From NCBI GenBank assembly GCA_965208105.1, contig OZ242318.1:3872001-3936000 (forward strand): a DNA stretch of 64,000 bases, written 5' to 3'. Under the pieces are notes generated by a model. The model saw only the letters and a list, made by a program, of their open reading frames with translations, was not told where the DNA came from and searched no databases. A program made the translations under genes and the position numbers. Origin of the DNA: Candidatus Latescibacterota bacterium (GTDB taxonomy: Bacteria; Latescibacterota; UBA2968; UBA8231). This document shows, in pieces, positions 9,904 through 19,595 of this stretch (its first letter is position 1; each line of letters begins with the position of its first letter).

Positions 9904-10791
9904 TCAGATCTTCTGGCGCGGGTCGAGGGCGTCGCGCAGCGCGTCCCCGATGAAGTTGATGCACAGCACCGCAAGGGTGATGGCCAACCCCGGCGGCACC
10001 CAGGTCCACCAGTGGTTGCGCAGCGCCGCCAGGTTCTGCGCCGCCGCCAGCATGTTGCCCCACGACGGGGTGGGGACCTGGACCCCGACTCCCAGGAAGC
10101 TCAGGCCGGCCTCGGTGAGAATCATGCCGGCGATGCCGAGGGTGGCGCCGACGATGACCGGCGCCATCGCATTGGGCAGCAGGTGCCGGAAGGCCAGGGT
10201 GGCCCAGCCCGCCCCCAGGGAGCGGGCGGCGACGACGAACTCCTGCTCGCGCAGGGAGAGCAGCTGGTTGCGCACGATGCGGAAGATCCCGGTCCACTGG
10301 ATGAAGCCGAGCACCGCCATCACCGTGATCAGGTTGGGCCCCAGGATGCTCACCAGGGTCAAAATGATGATGAAACCGGGAAAGCTCATCACGATCTCCG
10401 AGAACTTGAGCAGGGAGGAGTCCACTTTGCCGCCGAGAAAACCGGAGATGGTGCCCAGGATGACCCCGATGGCGACGGCTATGGAGATGCCCACCACCCC
10501 CACCGCGAGCGACACCCGGCCTCCGTAGAGGACGCGGGCGAAGACGTCCCTGCCCAGGTGGTCGGTGCCCAACCAGTGGGTGCTGCTCGGCGGCGCGTTG
10601 CGGTACTGCAGGCGGATGGCGTTGGGATCGTGCTGCGAGATCAGTGGTGCGGCGATCACGCTGAGCACCAGGCAGGTGAAGACCAGGACGGCTGCGGTGC
10701 CCAGCCGGTGCCGCAGCAGGCGGTTCACGAAGCGGCTGCGCTTCGGCTCGGCTGCCGGATCCATTTCGGGAGCCAGTGTCGGGGCGCTCAT
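9904..10791 (-). CDS. Peptide/nickel ABC transporter permease (DppC/OppC family)
   Basis: HWLGTDHLGRDVFARVLYGGRVSL, EAA-like loop EFVVAARSLGA, NFIGDALRDALDP. Confidence 0.93.
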   Translation of the reverse strand: MSAPTLAPEMDPAAEPKRSRFVNRLLRHRLGTAAVLVFTCLVLSVIAAPLISQHDPNAIRLQYRNAPPSSTHWLGTDHLGRDVFARVLYGGRVSLAVGVVGISIAVAIGVILGTISGFLGGKVDSSLLKFSEIVMSFPGFIIILTLVSILGPNLITVMAVLGFIQWTGIFRIVRNQLLSLREQEFVVAARSLGAGWATLAFRHLLPNAMAPVIVGATLGIAGMILTEAGLSFLGVGVQVPTPSWGNMLAAAQNLAALRNHWWTWVPPGLAITLAVLCINFIGDALRDALDPRQKI

Positions 10792-11777
10792 CGGGCCACC
10801 TCCCCTCGATCGTGCAGCCGCACCCTGGGGTCGGCCGCGGCGGTCAGGATGTCCACCAGAATGCTGGCCGCCAGCACCGCCGCCGCGGAGAACAGGGTGA
10901 CCGCCATGATGATGGGGTAGTCCCTGCCGCGCACCGCGCCGATGTAGAAGGCCCCCATGCCGGGCCAGTTGAAAACGGTCTCGATGACGACGGAACCGCC
11001 GATGAGGATGGGCAGGCGCAGGCCGAGGATCACGATGATGGGAATGAGGGCGTTGCGGAAGGCGTGCACGAAGACCACCCTCCAGCCCGGCAGGCCCTTG
11101 CTGCGGGCCGTGGTCATGTAGTCGCTGCGCAGCACCTCGAGAAGGCTCGAGCGGGTGTAGCGCATGAGGGCGGCTGTGAGGTCGAGCCCCAGGATCAGGG
11201 CTGGAAGAACGAGATGGTGCAGCCGGGAGGCGAAGTCCGTGGCCCCCGGGGAGACCCGTCCGCCCAGGGGGAACAGGCCCAGGTGCACGCTCAGCACGAA
11301 GAGCGCCAGGAGCCCCACGTAGAAGGTCGGCGTGGAGATTCCCAGCATGCCCGCCACCGTGAGCACGTGGTCTACCGCGCTGTAGCGCCGCAGCGCCGAG
11401 ACCACCCCCAGGCCTATTCCCAGCACCGTGGAGAGCAGGAAGGCCACGGTCATCAGCTCGAGGGTGGGGCCCAGGCGTAGGGCGAAGAGGTTGCCCACCG
11501 GGCGGCCGGTGGACAGGCTCACTCCCAGGTCGCCGCGCAGCAGATTGCCGAGCCAGTGGAGGTAGCGCAGGGGGGCGGGGCGGTCCAGCCCCAGCTCGCG
11601 CCGGAGCTTGTCCAGCTCTTCCTGGGAGTAGGCCACCTCGGCCTCCTGGACCCGTCCGGCGAGGATGGCCGTGGCCGCGTCCCCGGGGGCCAGCTCGATG
11701 AAGATGAAGACGATGATGGTGATCCCGAGCAGGGTCGGGACCATGGACAGCGTCCGGCGTGCAAGGAACTCGGTCAT
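10788..11777 (-). CDS. Peptide/nickel ABC transporter permease (DppB/OppB family)
   Basis: LGLDRPAPLRYLHWL, DYMTTARSKGL, IETVFNWPGMG, DPRVR; start placed at MTEFLARR; ATGA overlap with the DppC-type gene. Confidence 0.92.
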   Translation of the reverse strand: MTEFLARRTLSMVPTLLGITIIVFIFIELAPGDAATAILAGRVQEAEVAYSQEELDKLRRELGLDRPAPLRYLHWLGNLLRGDLGVSLSTGRPVGNLFALRLGPTLELMTVAFLLSTVLGIGLGVVSALRRYSAVDHVLTVAGMLGISTPTFYVGLLALFVLSVHLGLFPLGGRVSPGATDFASRLHHLVLPALILGLDLTAALMRYTRSSLLEVLRSDYMTTARSKGLPGWRVVFVHAFRNALIPIIVILGLRLPILIGGSVVIETVFNWPGMGAFYIGAVRGRDYPIIMAVTLFSAAAVLAASILVDILTAAADPRVRLHDRGEVAR

Positions 11778-11793
11778 GGCCAGGTGTGACCTT

Positions 11794-13455
11794 TCATCTC
11801 GAAGTCGCCTCCGGCGGCCCTTGTTCCACCACATCCCAGAGGTGCCACCAGGTGCCGATGGGAAAGTGGAGGTTGGCAACCCTGGGCACGATCTTCAGCC
11901 GCTTGCTCTTGGCCCTCAGAACCATGGTGTTGAGTATGGGAAAAAATGCCGCGTCCTCCCAGACCTGCTTCTGCATCTCGTCGTAGAGGAGGCGCAGTTG
12001 GGCGCGGTCGAACGTGGTGTCGATCCGCGCCGCGATGGCGTCCACCTCGGGGTTGGAGTAGCCGAACGCCGCCGGAGTCGGGCTGTCGCTGCGGAAGCGC
12101 AGCATGGACACGGGAACGACGCCGGCCCAGCCGCCCATGTAGAAGTCGAACTCGCCCTTGAGCAGGATATCGGTGGTGACCGCCGCCTCCACCGGCACTA
12201 CCTTGGCTTCGACCCCCACTTCCTTCCAGTAGCCCTGGACGATGGTGGCAATATCGAGGCGGATTCCGGCCATGTCGATATCGCGCATGAATATCTCCAG
12301 CTCGGTGCCCGGGTCCCATCCCGCCGCGCCCAGAAGCTGCCGCGCCTTTTGCGGGTCGTAGGGGACAGGTGCCAGGTCGTTGCGGCGCCAGGTCACCGCG
12401 GGCATGACCGCGTCGGGCACCTCCACCTCGCCGTAGGCTCCGAACATGGTCTCGGCGATGGTGAGGCGGTCGATGGCGTGCAGAAGGGCGCGGCGCACGC
12501 GGACATCGCGCAGGGCCGGCGCCGAGACATTCACCGTCAGGGAGGTGATATGGCTGGTGGGGAGGGCGTGAATCTCCATGTGCGGCATGCGGGCGATCTC
12601 CGCGGCGGCGCTGGGAGTGGCGGCGCCCAGGTCCAGCTCGCCGTTGCTGGCGGCAAGGGCCGTCTCCTTGGCGTGGATGATCACCTCGCCGATTTTGGGC
12701 GCTCCCATGTGGTAGTCCTCGTAGGGGGTCAGGCGGACGAACTGGAAGGGGACGGTCTCGGCGAGTCTGAACGGCCCCGTGCCCAGGGCGCCGGGATCGC
12801 GCCAGAGGGCGTGTCCCTCGACCTTGCTGCTCTCGCCCACCACCTCGAGCTGGTGGCGGGGAAGAATGGAGGTGAGGGCGATGTTATAGAGAAAGAAAGG
12901 CACCGGCCGCGCCAGGCTGAAGCGGATGGTGTGGTCGTCGATGACCTGGATGCCGGCGATGTCCTCCGCCCTCCCGGCGCGGTACTCCTCCAGTCCCTCG
13001 AGGGTCATGAGCTGGCTGGTGAAAGCCGGACTGTTGAGGTAGGGGTCGAGAATGAAGAGGAAGGTGGTCTCCACGTCCCGCGCCGTGAATGGAAGGCCAT
13101 CGTGCCAGCGCACGTCGTCGCGCAGATGGAAGGTGTAGCTCAGCTCGTCGGGGGACACCTCCCAGCTCCGGGCAAGGTTGGGATGCTCCGCCTCGTATTG
13201 CTGGTTGTTTTCGACCAGGCGGTCGTAGATGAACCACCACTGGGGCCAATGCCCGTCGTTGCGATGGGACCAGGGCGGCGGCGTCCACACCTCGTTGAGC
13301 AGGGCCGCCTGCACGTGGATGGTCTTCCGCGCCTGTCCGGAGGTGGCGGCCGGCCCTCCATCTTCACCGGAGCAGGCGGCCAGCGCGGCGCAGAGGAGCA
13401 ATCCCGGCGCCCATGCCATCACCCTTGATTTACCCTTTCCCTTATCCTTTTTCAC
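11794..13455 (-). CDS. ABC substrate-binding lipoprotein, SBP family 5 (copy 1)
   Basis: Lipobox LAAC; LARSWEVS...YTFHLRDDVRWHDG; GTGPF; DVRVRRAL. Confidence 0.92.
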   Translation of the reverse strand: MKKDKGKGKSRVMAWAPGLLLCAALAACSGEDGGPAATSGQARKTIHVQAALLNEVWTPPPWSHRNDGHWPQWWFIYDRLVENNQQYEAEHPNLARSWEVSPDELSYTFHLRDDVRWHDGLPFTARDVETTFLFILDPYLNSPAFTSQLMTLEGLEEYRAGRAEDIAGIQVIDDHTIRFSLARPVPFFLYNIALTSILPRHQLEVVGESSKVEGHALWRDPGALGTGPFRLAETVPFQFVRLTPYEDYHMGAPKIGEVIIHAKETALAASNGELDLGAATPSAAAEIARMPHMEIHALPTSHITSLTVNVSAPALRDVRVRRALLHAIDRLTIAETMFGAYGEVEVPDAVMPAVTWRRNDLAPVPYDPQKARQLLGAAGWDPGTELEIFMRDIDMAGIRLDIATIVQGYWKEVGVEAKVVPVEAAVTTDILLKGEFDFYMGGWAGVVPVSMLRFRSDSPTPAAFGYSNPEVDAIAARIDTTFDRAQLRLLYDEMQKQVWEDAAFFPILNTMVLRAKSKRLKIVPRVANLHFPIGTWWHLWDVVEQGPPEATSR

Positions 13456-13528
13456 TGCAAATGTTTCCTCTCCGCCGCCGATTCGGTCCTGTCTCCGGAT
13501 GGCCGGGTTCCCCTGCTGCCGCAGCGAA

Positions 13529-15181
13529 CTATTCGACGATTTCCCACTGATGCCACCAGGTGCCGATGGGAAGGTTGTTGTTGATGGTCAGCGGCCCGAT
13601 GCGCAGCCTCCTGCTCTTGGCCACCAGCACCGTGGGGTTGACGATGGGCATGGTGGCCACGTCTTCCCAGATATATTCCTGCAGCTGATGGTAGAGCGGG
13701 CGCAATTGCCCGTGATCGAAGGTGTCGCCGATTTTGTTCACGATCTCGTCCACCCCGGGGTTGGAGTATCCGAAGGCCGCCGGCGAGGGGCTGCCGCTGC
13801 GAAAGCGCAAAAGATCGAAGGGCAGGAGGGCGGCGGCTCCACCCACGTAGAAGTCGTATTCTCCCTTGACCATGCGCTCGACGATGATGGCCGCTTCCAC
13901 CGGTTCGATCTCGGTTTCCACCCCAAGCTCCTTCCAGTAGCCCTGCACGATGGTCGCCACGTCGAGGCGGATGCCGGCCATGTCGATGTCCCGGATGAGG
14001 AGCTTCAACGAGGTCCGGGGGTCCCATCCCGCCGCGCGCAGGAGGGTCCGCGCCTTCTCGGGGTCGTAGTCTACCGGTGGGAGGCCCGGGTGCTGCCAGC
14101 CGTAGTCGGGCATGACCCCGTTGGGCACCTTCACCTCGCCGTAGGCGCCGAACAGGGACTCGGCGATGGTCTTGCGGTCGATGGCGTGCAGCAGGGCGCG
14201 GCGCACGCGCACGTCGCGCAGCGCGGGGGCGGCCACGTTCACCGTCAGCGAGGTGCGGTTGATGCCGGGCCGGGCGAGTATCTCCATGTGCGCCATGCGG
14301 GCGATCTCCTCGGCGGCGCTGGGGGTGGCGTCGCCCAGGTCCAGTTCGCCGTTGCCGGCGGCCAGGGCGGATTCCTTGGCGTGGATGATCACCGCGTCGA
14401 TCCTGGGTTTTCCCAGGTGATAGTCATCGTAGGCCTCCAGGCGCACGAACTGGAAAGGGACGGTCTCGACGAGCCTGAAGGGTCCGGTGCCGATGGCTCC
14501 GGGGTCGCGCCAGACGCGGTGGCCTTCGACTTTGCTGCTCTCGCCGACCATCTCCAACTGGTGCCGCGGCAGCATGGAGACCCGGCCCATGTTGCTCAAA
14601 AAGAAGGCCACCGGCTTCTTCAGATCGAAGCGGATGGTGTGGTCGTCGACGACCTGGATTCCGGCGATGTGTTTCGCCTCCCCGGCGCGATACTCCTCGA
14701 GGCCTTCGAGGGTCAGGAACTGGCTGAATTGGGGGGAATCGGTGAGATAGCCGTCCAGGATGAAGAGGAAGGTGGCCTCCACGTCCCGCGCCGTGAAGGG
14801 ACTGCCGTCGTGCCAGCGCACGTCGTCGCGCAGGTAGAACGTGTAGCGCCGCCCGTCCGCCGACGCTTCCCAGCTGCGGGCGAGGTTGGGAAACTCGGCC
14901 TCGTGCCTCTCGTTGTTCTCGATCAGGCGGTCGTAGATGAACCACCACTGGGGCCAGTGTCCGTCGTTGCGGTGAGACCAGGGCGGCGGGGTCCACACCT
15001 CGTTGAGCAGGGAAGCGCGCACGTGAATCGTCTTCTGCTCGCCAATCGGAGCGGAAGCCATCTCGTTCTTGTTCTCAGCGCAAGCCCCGAGGACGAGGCA
15101 GAGCAACGCGAGCCCGGCCGCGCAGGCCCAGCTCGACCACGGTCCGGCACCAAGGCTTCCTTGATTTCGCTCGATCAGCAT
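13529..15181 (-). CDS. ABC substrate-binding lipoprotein, SBP family 5 (copy 2, tandem paralog)
   Basis: Lipobox LGAC; same motifs as copy 1; GGAG RBS before ATG 15181 (ORF track start is overextended). Confidence 0.92.
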   Translation of the reverse strand: MLIERNQGSLGAGPWSSWACAAGLALLCLVLGACAENKNEMASAPIGEQKTIHVRASLLNEVWTPPPWSHRNDGHWPQWWFIYDRLIENNERHEAEFPNLARSWEASADGRRYTFYLRDDVRWHDGSPFTARDVEATFLFILDGYLTDSPQFSQFLTLEGLEEYRAGEAKHIAGIQVVDDHTIRFDLKKPVAFFLSNMGRVSMLPRHQLEMVGESSKVEGHRVWRDPGAIGTGPFRLVETVPFQFVRLEAYDDYHLGKPRIDAVIIHAKESALAAGNGELDLGDATPSAAEEIARMAHMEILARPGINRTSLTVNVAAPALRDVRVRRALLHAIDRKTIAESLFGAYGEVKVPNGVMPDYGWQHPGLPPVDYDPEKARTLLRAAGWDPRTSLKLLIRDIDMAGIRLDVATIVQGYWKELGVETEIEPVEAAIIVERMVKGEYDFYVGGAAALLPFDLLRFRSGSPSPAAFGYSNPGVDEIVNKIGDTFDHGQLRPLYHQLQEYIWEDVATMPIVNPTVLVAKSRRLRIGPLTINNNLPIGTWWHQWEIVE

Positions 15182-15333
15182 ATTCTCCATCTGCAAGGCC
15201 AGGGCTCCTCCTTGCCGGTGCACCATTGCTTCGCGGAGATCCATTCGACCGCGTCGAACCCGTCTGGTCCCTCCCAGGCATTCACCGGTCTCCCTGTATA
15301 TGCCCCGGAGGGGCTGAGATGCCGCGGACCGGA

Positions 15334-17043
15334 TCATCGCGGTATCACCGGAAGGATCAGGCAGGATGGGCGCATGGCATCGTGGTAGACGGTCTGGTGG
15401 GCGACCCGGATCTCACTGTCGGTGGCGATGGGGTTGCCGCTGTTCAGGTTGCGGTTGTAGCGCGGAAAGTTGGAGCTGGATATCTCCAGGCGGAGGCGGT
15501 GGCCGGCGCCGAAGAGGTTGGAGGTATCCCACATGTCGATGCGGAAGGGGCAGACCTCGCCCGGACTCATCATCTGCGGGGTCGCGGTGCCGTTCCTGAA
15601 GCGGGCGCGCGCGATGCCCTCGCACAGGATGATCGCGGCGCCGTCGGGATTCACGTCCACCAGGGCGGCGGTGAAGTCGGTGTCGACCGCCGAGGAGGAG
15701 GCGAAGATCAGGGCTGAGACAGGGCCGGTCACCTCGAGGCCGCTGGGCAGCGGCTCGGTGGTGAAGGTCAGAACGTCGGGCCTCCGCTCGATCTCGCGGC
15801 GGTCGCGGGGGCCGCACAGATCGCAGCTCTGGTACTGGGCGCCCCATGACGGCACCGGATCGTTGGGGTCGTAGAGAAACCGGTGCGGCGGCTGGTCCCC
15901 GGACGGGGCCTCGACGGAGAGGCGGCCGTCATTTCCTCCCTCTCCACCCTCGTCGTGCAGGTAGAACCTGGTCCACTCGGTGCGCTTCAGGGGCCATTCG
16001 TTCTCGAAGCGCCACTGGTTCTCCCCCATGACGAAGAGCTCGATGGGGGGGTCGCCGTCTATCCCCGTGTCGATGCCCCTGAGCCGCTGGTCGTACCAGC
16101 GCGTGTGCAGGTCGACGATGTCGCGGACCGCGGAGATTCCGAAGGTGCGCTCCTGGTACTCGCCGTTGGCCCCGAGGGGAATCCGGCCCCAGGGAGCGAC
16201 CTGGTGGCTCCAGGGGCCGACCATCAGCTTGGTGCGCTTGCGGGCGGCTTCCGTCCGCGCGTTCCTGCTCCAGCCGTTGAACAGCTTGAAGTTTTCGTGC
16301 AGCAGCGAGTCGTACCAGCCGGTGATGAAGAGGGCGGGGACTTCCACCTCGCCGTAGCGATGGCGCAGGCTGTAGCGGCTCCACCACTCGTCGTAGTCCT
16401 CGTGGTCGAGCACGCCCTTGTAGTAAGGATGGGTCGAGGTCACCACCTCGAAGGCGTCGGCGATGGGCAGGTGCTTGAACAGTTCGTGCTGGTCGAACTG
16501 CTGCATGGAGGGGAACTGCATCGAGCGGCCGACCATGTTGATGAAGGTCAGGCTGACCGCTAGATGGATTACCCCGTCGATGCGGTGGTGGCCGTAGTTG
16601 TCCTGCTGCGAGGCGATGGGAGCCACGGCTTTGAGATAGGGCGAGCGCAGGGTCGCGGGGAGGGACTGGGTGAAGCCCGGGTAGGACAGCCCGAAGGTCC
16701 CCACGTTGCCGTCGCACCAGGGCTGGCGCCCGACCCATTCGTGGGTGTCGTAGCCGTCGTGGAGCTCGCAGATGTAGGGGTCCCAGGCGCCGTCGGAGTC
16801 GCCGCGCCCGCGGCAGTCCTGCATGACGGCGGCGTAGCCGGAGTCGTTGAATCCCCTGGCCCAGGCGATGTAGCGCCCTTCCTGGTTGTCGTAGATCGTG
16901 CGCAGCAGCAGGGCCGGCCAGGGTCCCTCTCCCGCGGGAGGCAGCCAGATGTCGGCCGAGAGCTCGACGCCGTCCCGCATGGGCACTTTCCGGTCGAGCA
17001 GCAGTCTGCCCGGGGCCACCAGGGGGCGATCGCGGTCGCTCAC
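15334..17043 (-). CDS. CocE/NonD family serine hydrolase (Xaa-Pro dipeptidyl-peptidase-like)
   Basis: VPMRDGVELSAD, DCRGRGDSDG, GLSYPG nucleophile, GWYD, GPWSH, SSSNFPRYNRN. Confidence 0.92.
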   Translation of the reverse strand: MSDRDRPLVAPGRLLLDRKVPMRDGVELSADIWLPPAGEGPWPALLLRTIYDNQEGRYIAWARGFNDSGYAAVMQDCRGRGDSDGAWDPYICELHDGYDTHEWVGRQPWCDGNVGTFGLSYPGFTQSLPATLRSPYLKAVAPIASQQDNYGHHRIDGVIHLAVSLTFINMVGRSMQFPSMQQFDQHELFKHLPIADAFEVVTSTHPYYKGVLDHEDYDEWWSRYSLRHRYGEVEVPALFITGWYDSLLHENFKLFNGWSRNARTEAARKRTKLMVGPWSHQVAPWGRIPLGANGEYQERTFGISAVRDIVDLHTRWYDQRLRGIDTGIDGDPPIELFVMGENQWRFENEWPLKRTEWTRFYLHDEGGEGGNDGRLSVEAPSGDQPPHRFLYDPNDPVPSWGAQYQSCDLCGPRDRREIERRPDVLTFTTEPLPSGLEVTGPVSALIFASSSAVDTDFTAALVDVNPDGAAIILCEGIARARFRNGTATPQMMSPGEVCPFRIDMWDTSNLFGAGHRLRLEISSSNFPRYNRNLNSGNPIATDSEIRVAHQTVYHDAMRPSCLILPVIPR

Positions 17044-17460
17044 AGGCTCGGTCCGGTCATTCGCCGCCTCCGCGGCCTGGGTCCGGCTCCTGGAGGAAGA
17101 AAGGCTCCGGTGCCGCGCACTCCGGATTGGTAGGGGGGTTATTGGAAAGGATTCTGTTTATCGTCAATGGTTTGGGTATGGTTGGCGAAAGTATCAGGTA
17201 TTTCCAGGCAGGGACAAAGATAACCGATGGCCCGGGTTCGTGCCATCATGGCAGGGGGAGGGAAGGTGGATGTTGCTATCGCGGTCTGAGGACCGACAGA
17301 CGATTTTCAGGAAGTTCGACCCGGCGGCTGGGTGCGTTCCGGACTTCGACTGTTAAAAGTTCCATAAATAAATTAAATTCAATCAGTTAAATATTGTATT
17401 ATATGATTCCGGCAAGATTGTCAAGACTATCTCCTTATCTTTAAAGATTGGAGTTAAAAA

Positions 17461-18624
17461 ATGAAAATATTTCTCTTTTTTTGCCTTATTCTACTGATTT
17501 CTTGCCAGAATTCTGAGAAGACAATTGGTCCTCCTGAACCTCAAACTGATCCTCAAATCTTCTGCGATCTCCCTTTTCTATCTTATGATGCGCCTCCTCA
17601 TTCAGGAGGAGTTTCCTATTCATATGATGGCTCATTGCTAGCCATAAGAAGTAGAAGAGGGGTATGGGTGTTTGATGCACTCAGTGGAGAAGGCAATATG
17701 GTCATCCCACATCCAGATATTCACACAATTGCTTTTTCGCCCTCTGATTTTCATCTGGCCGTGGGAGACGGGCAAGGAAATGTATCTGTTGTTAATGCGA
17801 AAAGCGGGGAAAATATATTTTCTTCTTCCGGGCACGCGGGGGCCATATCCTCATTATCCTTCAGTCCTTTTGACAACATATATCTTGCCAGTGGAGGCAT
17901 GGATGGTACAATCAGGTTTTGGAACAAATCAGGTAATTCCAGTGGGGTGATTGAGGCCTATACCTGGAGCGTAAGAGACATATTCTTCCAGTATGGATAT
18001 TTGGGAATATCCTATAGCCCTAATCCAGGAAGATTTGGGACAGAGTTCATGCTCACACTCGGAACCAATATTTATAGAAATCAAGATGACACGTATGATT
18101 ATTACAATTCAGTGGGCGTGTGGGATTTGAAGCTGGAAGAAAGAATTGAAGGTGGGGGATGTTGTGGGCATGAGATCACTGCATTAGCCCATGGAGGAGG
18201 ATATGATTTGGTAATAGGATATTCAGATGGCGAAATTTTGATTGAGCCTTGGAATAGGAATTCAGATCACTGGTCTCACCTAAGAAGCCGGGCAAGTGGA
18301 ATAAATGCACTGGCCATCTCTCCCATCTATGAACATGACTACTACTCTCAATTAATGGCTGGAGGGGGTTTCCGGGGAGGGGTGGAGCTATGGAATTATC
18401 GGGGCGGAAACTCTATAGATTTTTGGAATGAATTTTCTTTTTATGGGATTCCAATCACTGATCTTGAGTTTTCCCCCATCAGCCCCGTCCTGGCCATTAG
18501 AGAATATGGAGTTGACGGCCGGGTAATGCTGTGGGATGTCGAGAAGGAAAAGGTTATTTTTCATTTTACTACGGCTATTCTTCGGTCGGAGACAGATAAG
18601 GTGAAGGGAAGAGAGGGGAGGTAA
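17461..18624 (+). CDS. WD40-repeat lipoprotein, low GC
   Basis: Lipobox LLISC; GHAGAISSLSFSP...LASGGMDGTIRFWN, VMLWD repeats; markedly AT-richer than flanks. Confidence 0.8.
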   Translation: MKIFLFFCLILLISCQNSEKTIGPPEPQTDPQIFCDLPFLSYDAPPHSGGVSYSYDGSLLAIRSRRGVWVFDALSGEGNMVIPHPDIHTIAFSPSDFHLAVGDGQGNVSVVNAKSGENIFSSSGHAGAISSLSFSPFDNIYLASGGMDGTIRFWNKSGNSSGVIEAYTWSVRDIFFQYGYLGISYSPNPGRFGTEFMLTLGTNIYRNQDDTYDYYNSVGVWDLKLEERIEGGGCCGHEITALAHGGGYDLVIGYSDGEILIEPWNRNSDHWSHLRSRASGINALAISPIYEHDYYSQLMAGGGFRGGVELWNYRGGNSIDFWNEFSFYGIPITDLEFSPISPVLAIREYGVDGRVMLWDVEKEKVIFHFTTAILRSETDKVKGREGR

Positions 18625-18713
18625 GCCGGCTCCTTTTGTGAGGGGTCTGGCGACGCCCTCCCACGCCCGCTTTTCCAAGATGCTGGAATCAGATTGGGCG
18701 AGGAGAAATAACA

Positions 18714-19472
18714 ATGCCGTTCTATACCAAGGGCGACGTCACCATCCATTATGAGGAGGTTGGCTCCGGATTCCCCCTGCTGGTGACACCCGGTGGGGGG
18801 TTGAACTCCATAATGAGCGGATGGCCCAGGCAGGTATTCAACGCCATGGAGGTGTTCAAGGACGACTTCCGCTGCCTCACCATGGATCAGCGCAACGCCA
18901 TCGGCGGCCAGTCAACCGGACCGATCCAGGTCGAAGACCCATGGGGAGCCTTCGCCGACGACCAGCTCGGTTTGATGGACCACCTCGGGATCCGGGAGTT
19001 CTTTTTCATGGGCTACTGCATCGGCGGCCCCTTTGCGATGAAGCTCGTTGAACGCGCCCCCGAGCGCATTTTTGCCGCCGTGCTCTGCCAGCCCGTCGGG
19101 CACAGCAGCGCCACACCGGACTCTATGTACAACTCCGGACACGACAGCTGGGGCCCCGAGTTGTGTTCCCAGCGGCCCGACGTTACCATGGATATCGTCG
19201 AGCAGTACCTCCACAACCTGTACCGGGTGCAGCCCGACTTCATGTACTGCGTTTCCCGGGACTTCGCCCGTTCCTGCCAGACGCCGTTGCTGGTCATGCC
19301 CGACGACACCCCCTCCCACTCGCTGGAGGCCGCTGTGGACCTGGTGGAGTTGGCCCCAAGGGCCGAGGTAACGCCATATCCCTGGAAAGAGGCCGAGGAC
19401 ATAAAGGCCGCAACCATTAACCAGGTGCGCGACTTCCTCAAGTCCCACCAACCCGTCCAGGCCGCCGGCTGA
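18714..19472 (+). CDS. Alpha/beta hydrolase fold protein with Cys at the nucleophile elbow
   Basis: IHYEEVGSGFPLL, MDQRNA, GYCIGG elbow; AGGAG RBS. Confidence 0.85.
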   Translation: MPFYTKGDVTIHYEEVGSGFPLLVTPGGGLNSIMSGWPRQVFNAMEVFKDDFRCLTMDQRNAIGGQSTGPIQVEDPWGAFADDQLGLMDHLGIREFFFMGYCIGGPFAMKLVERAPERIFAAVLCQPVGHSSATPDSMYNSGHDSWGPELCSQRPDVTMDIVEQYLHNLYRVQPDFMYCVSRDFARSCQTPLLVMPDDTPSHSLEAAVDLVELAPRAEVTPYPWKEAEDIKAATINQVRDFLKSHQPVQAAG

Positions 19473-19595
19473 ACCGCAACCCCGCCTGCGAGGGTAACGC
19501 CACAACATGGAACGTCATTTCCCGCCACATCTCCAGACGGCAACCCCTGACCGGGCGCCGTCCGACCACTATCCCGAAAGGTTGACGAAGCCGGC

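Noticed and set aside
3640-13428. Long overlapping ORFs (e.g. 3701-5350 -, 7937-10297 -, 8122-10920 +, 11665-13428 +)
   Set aside because: Shadow frames of real genes in high-GC DNA; Arg/Pro/Gly-rich with no motifs
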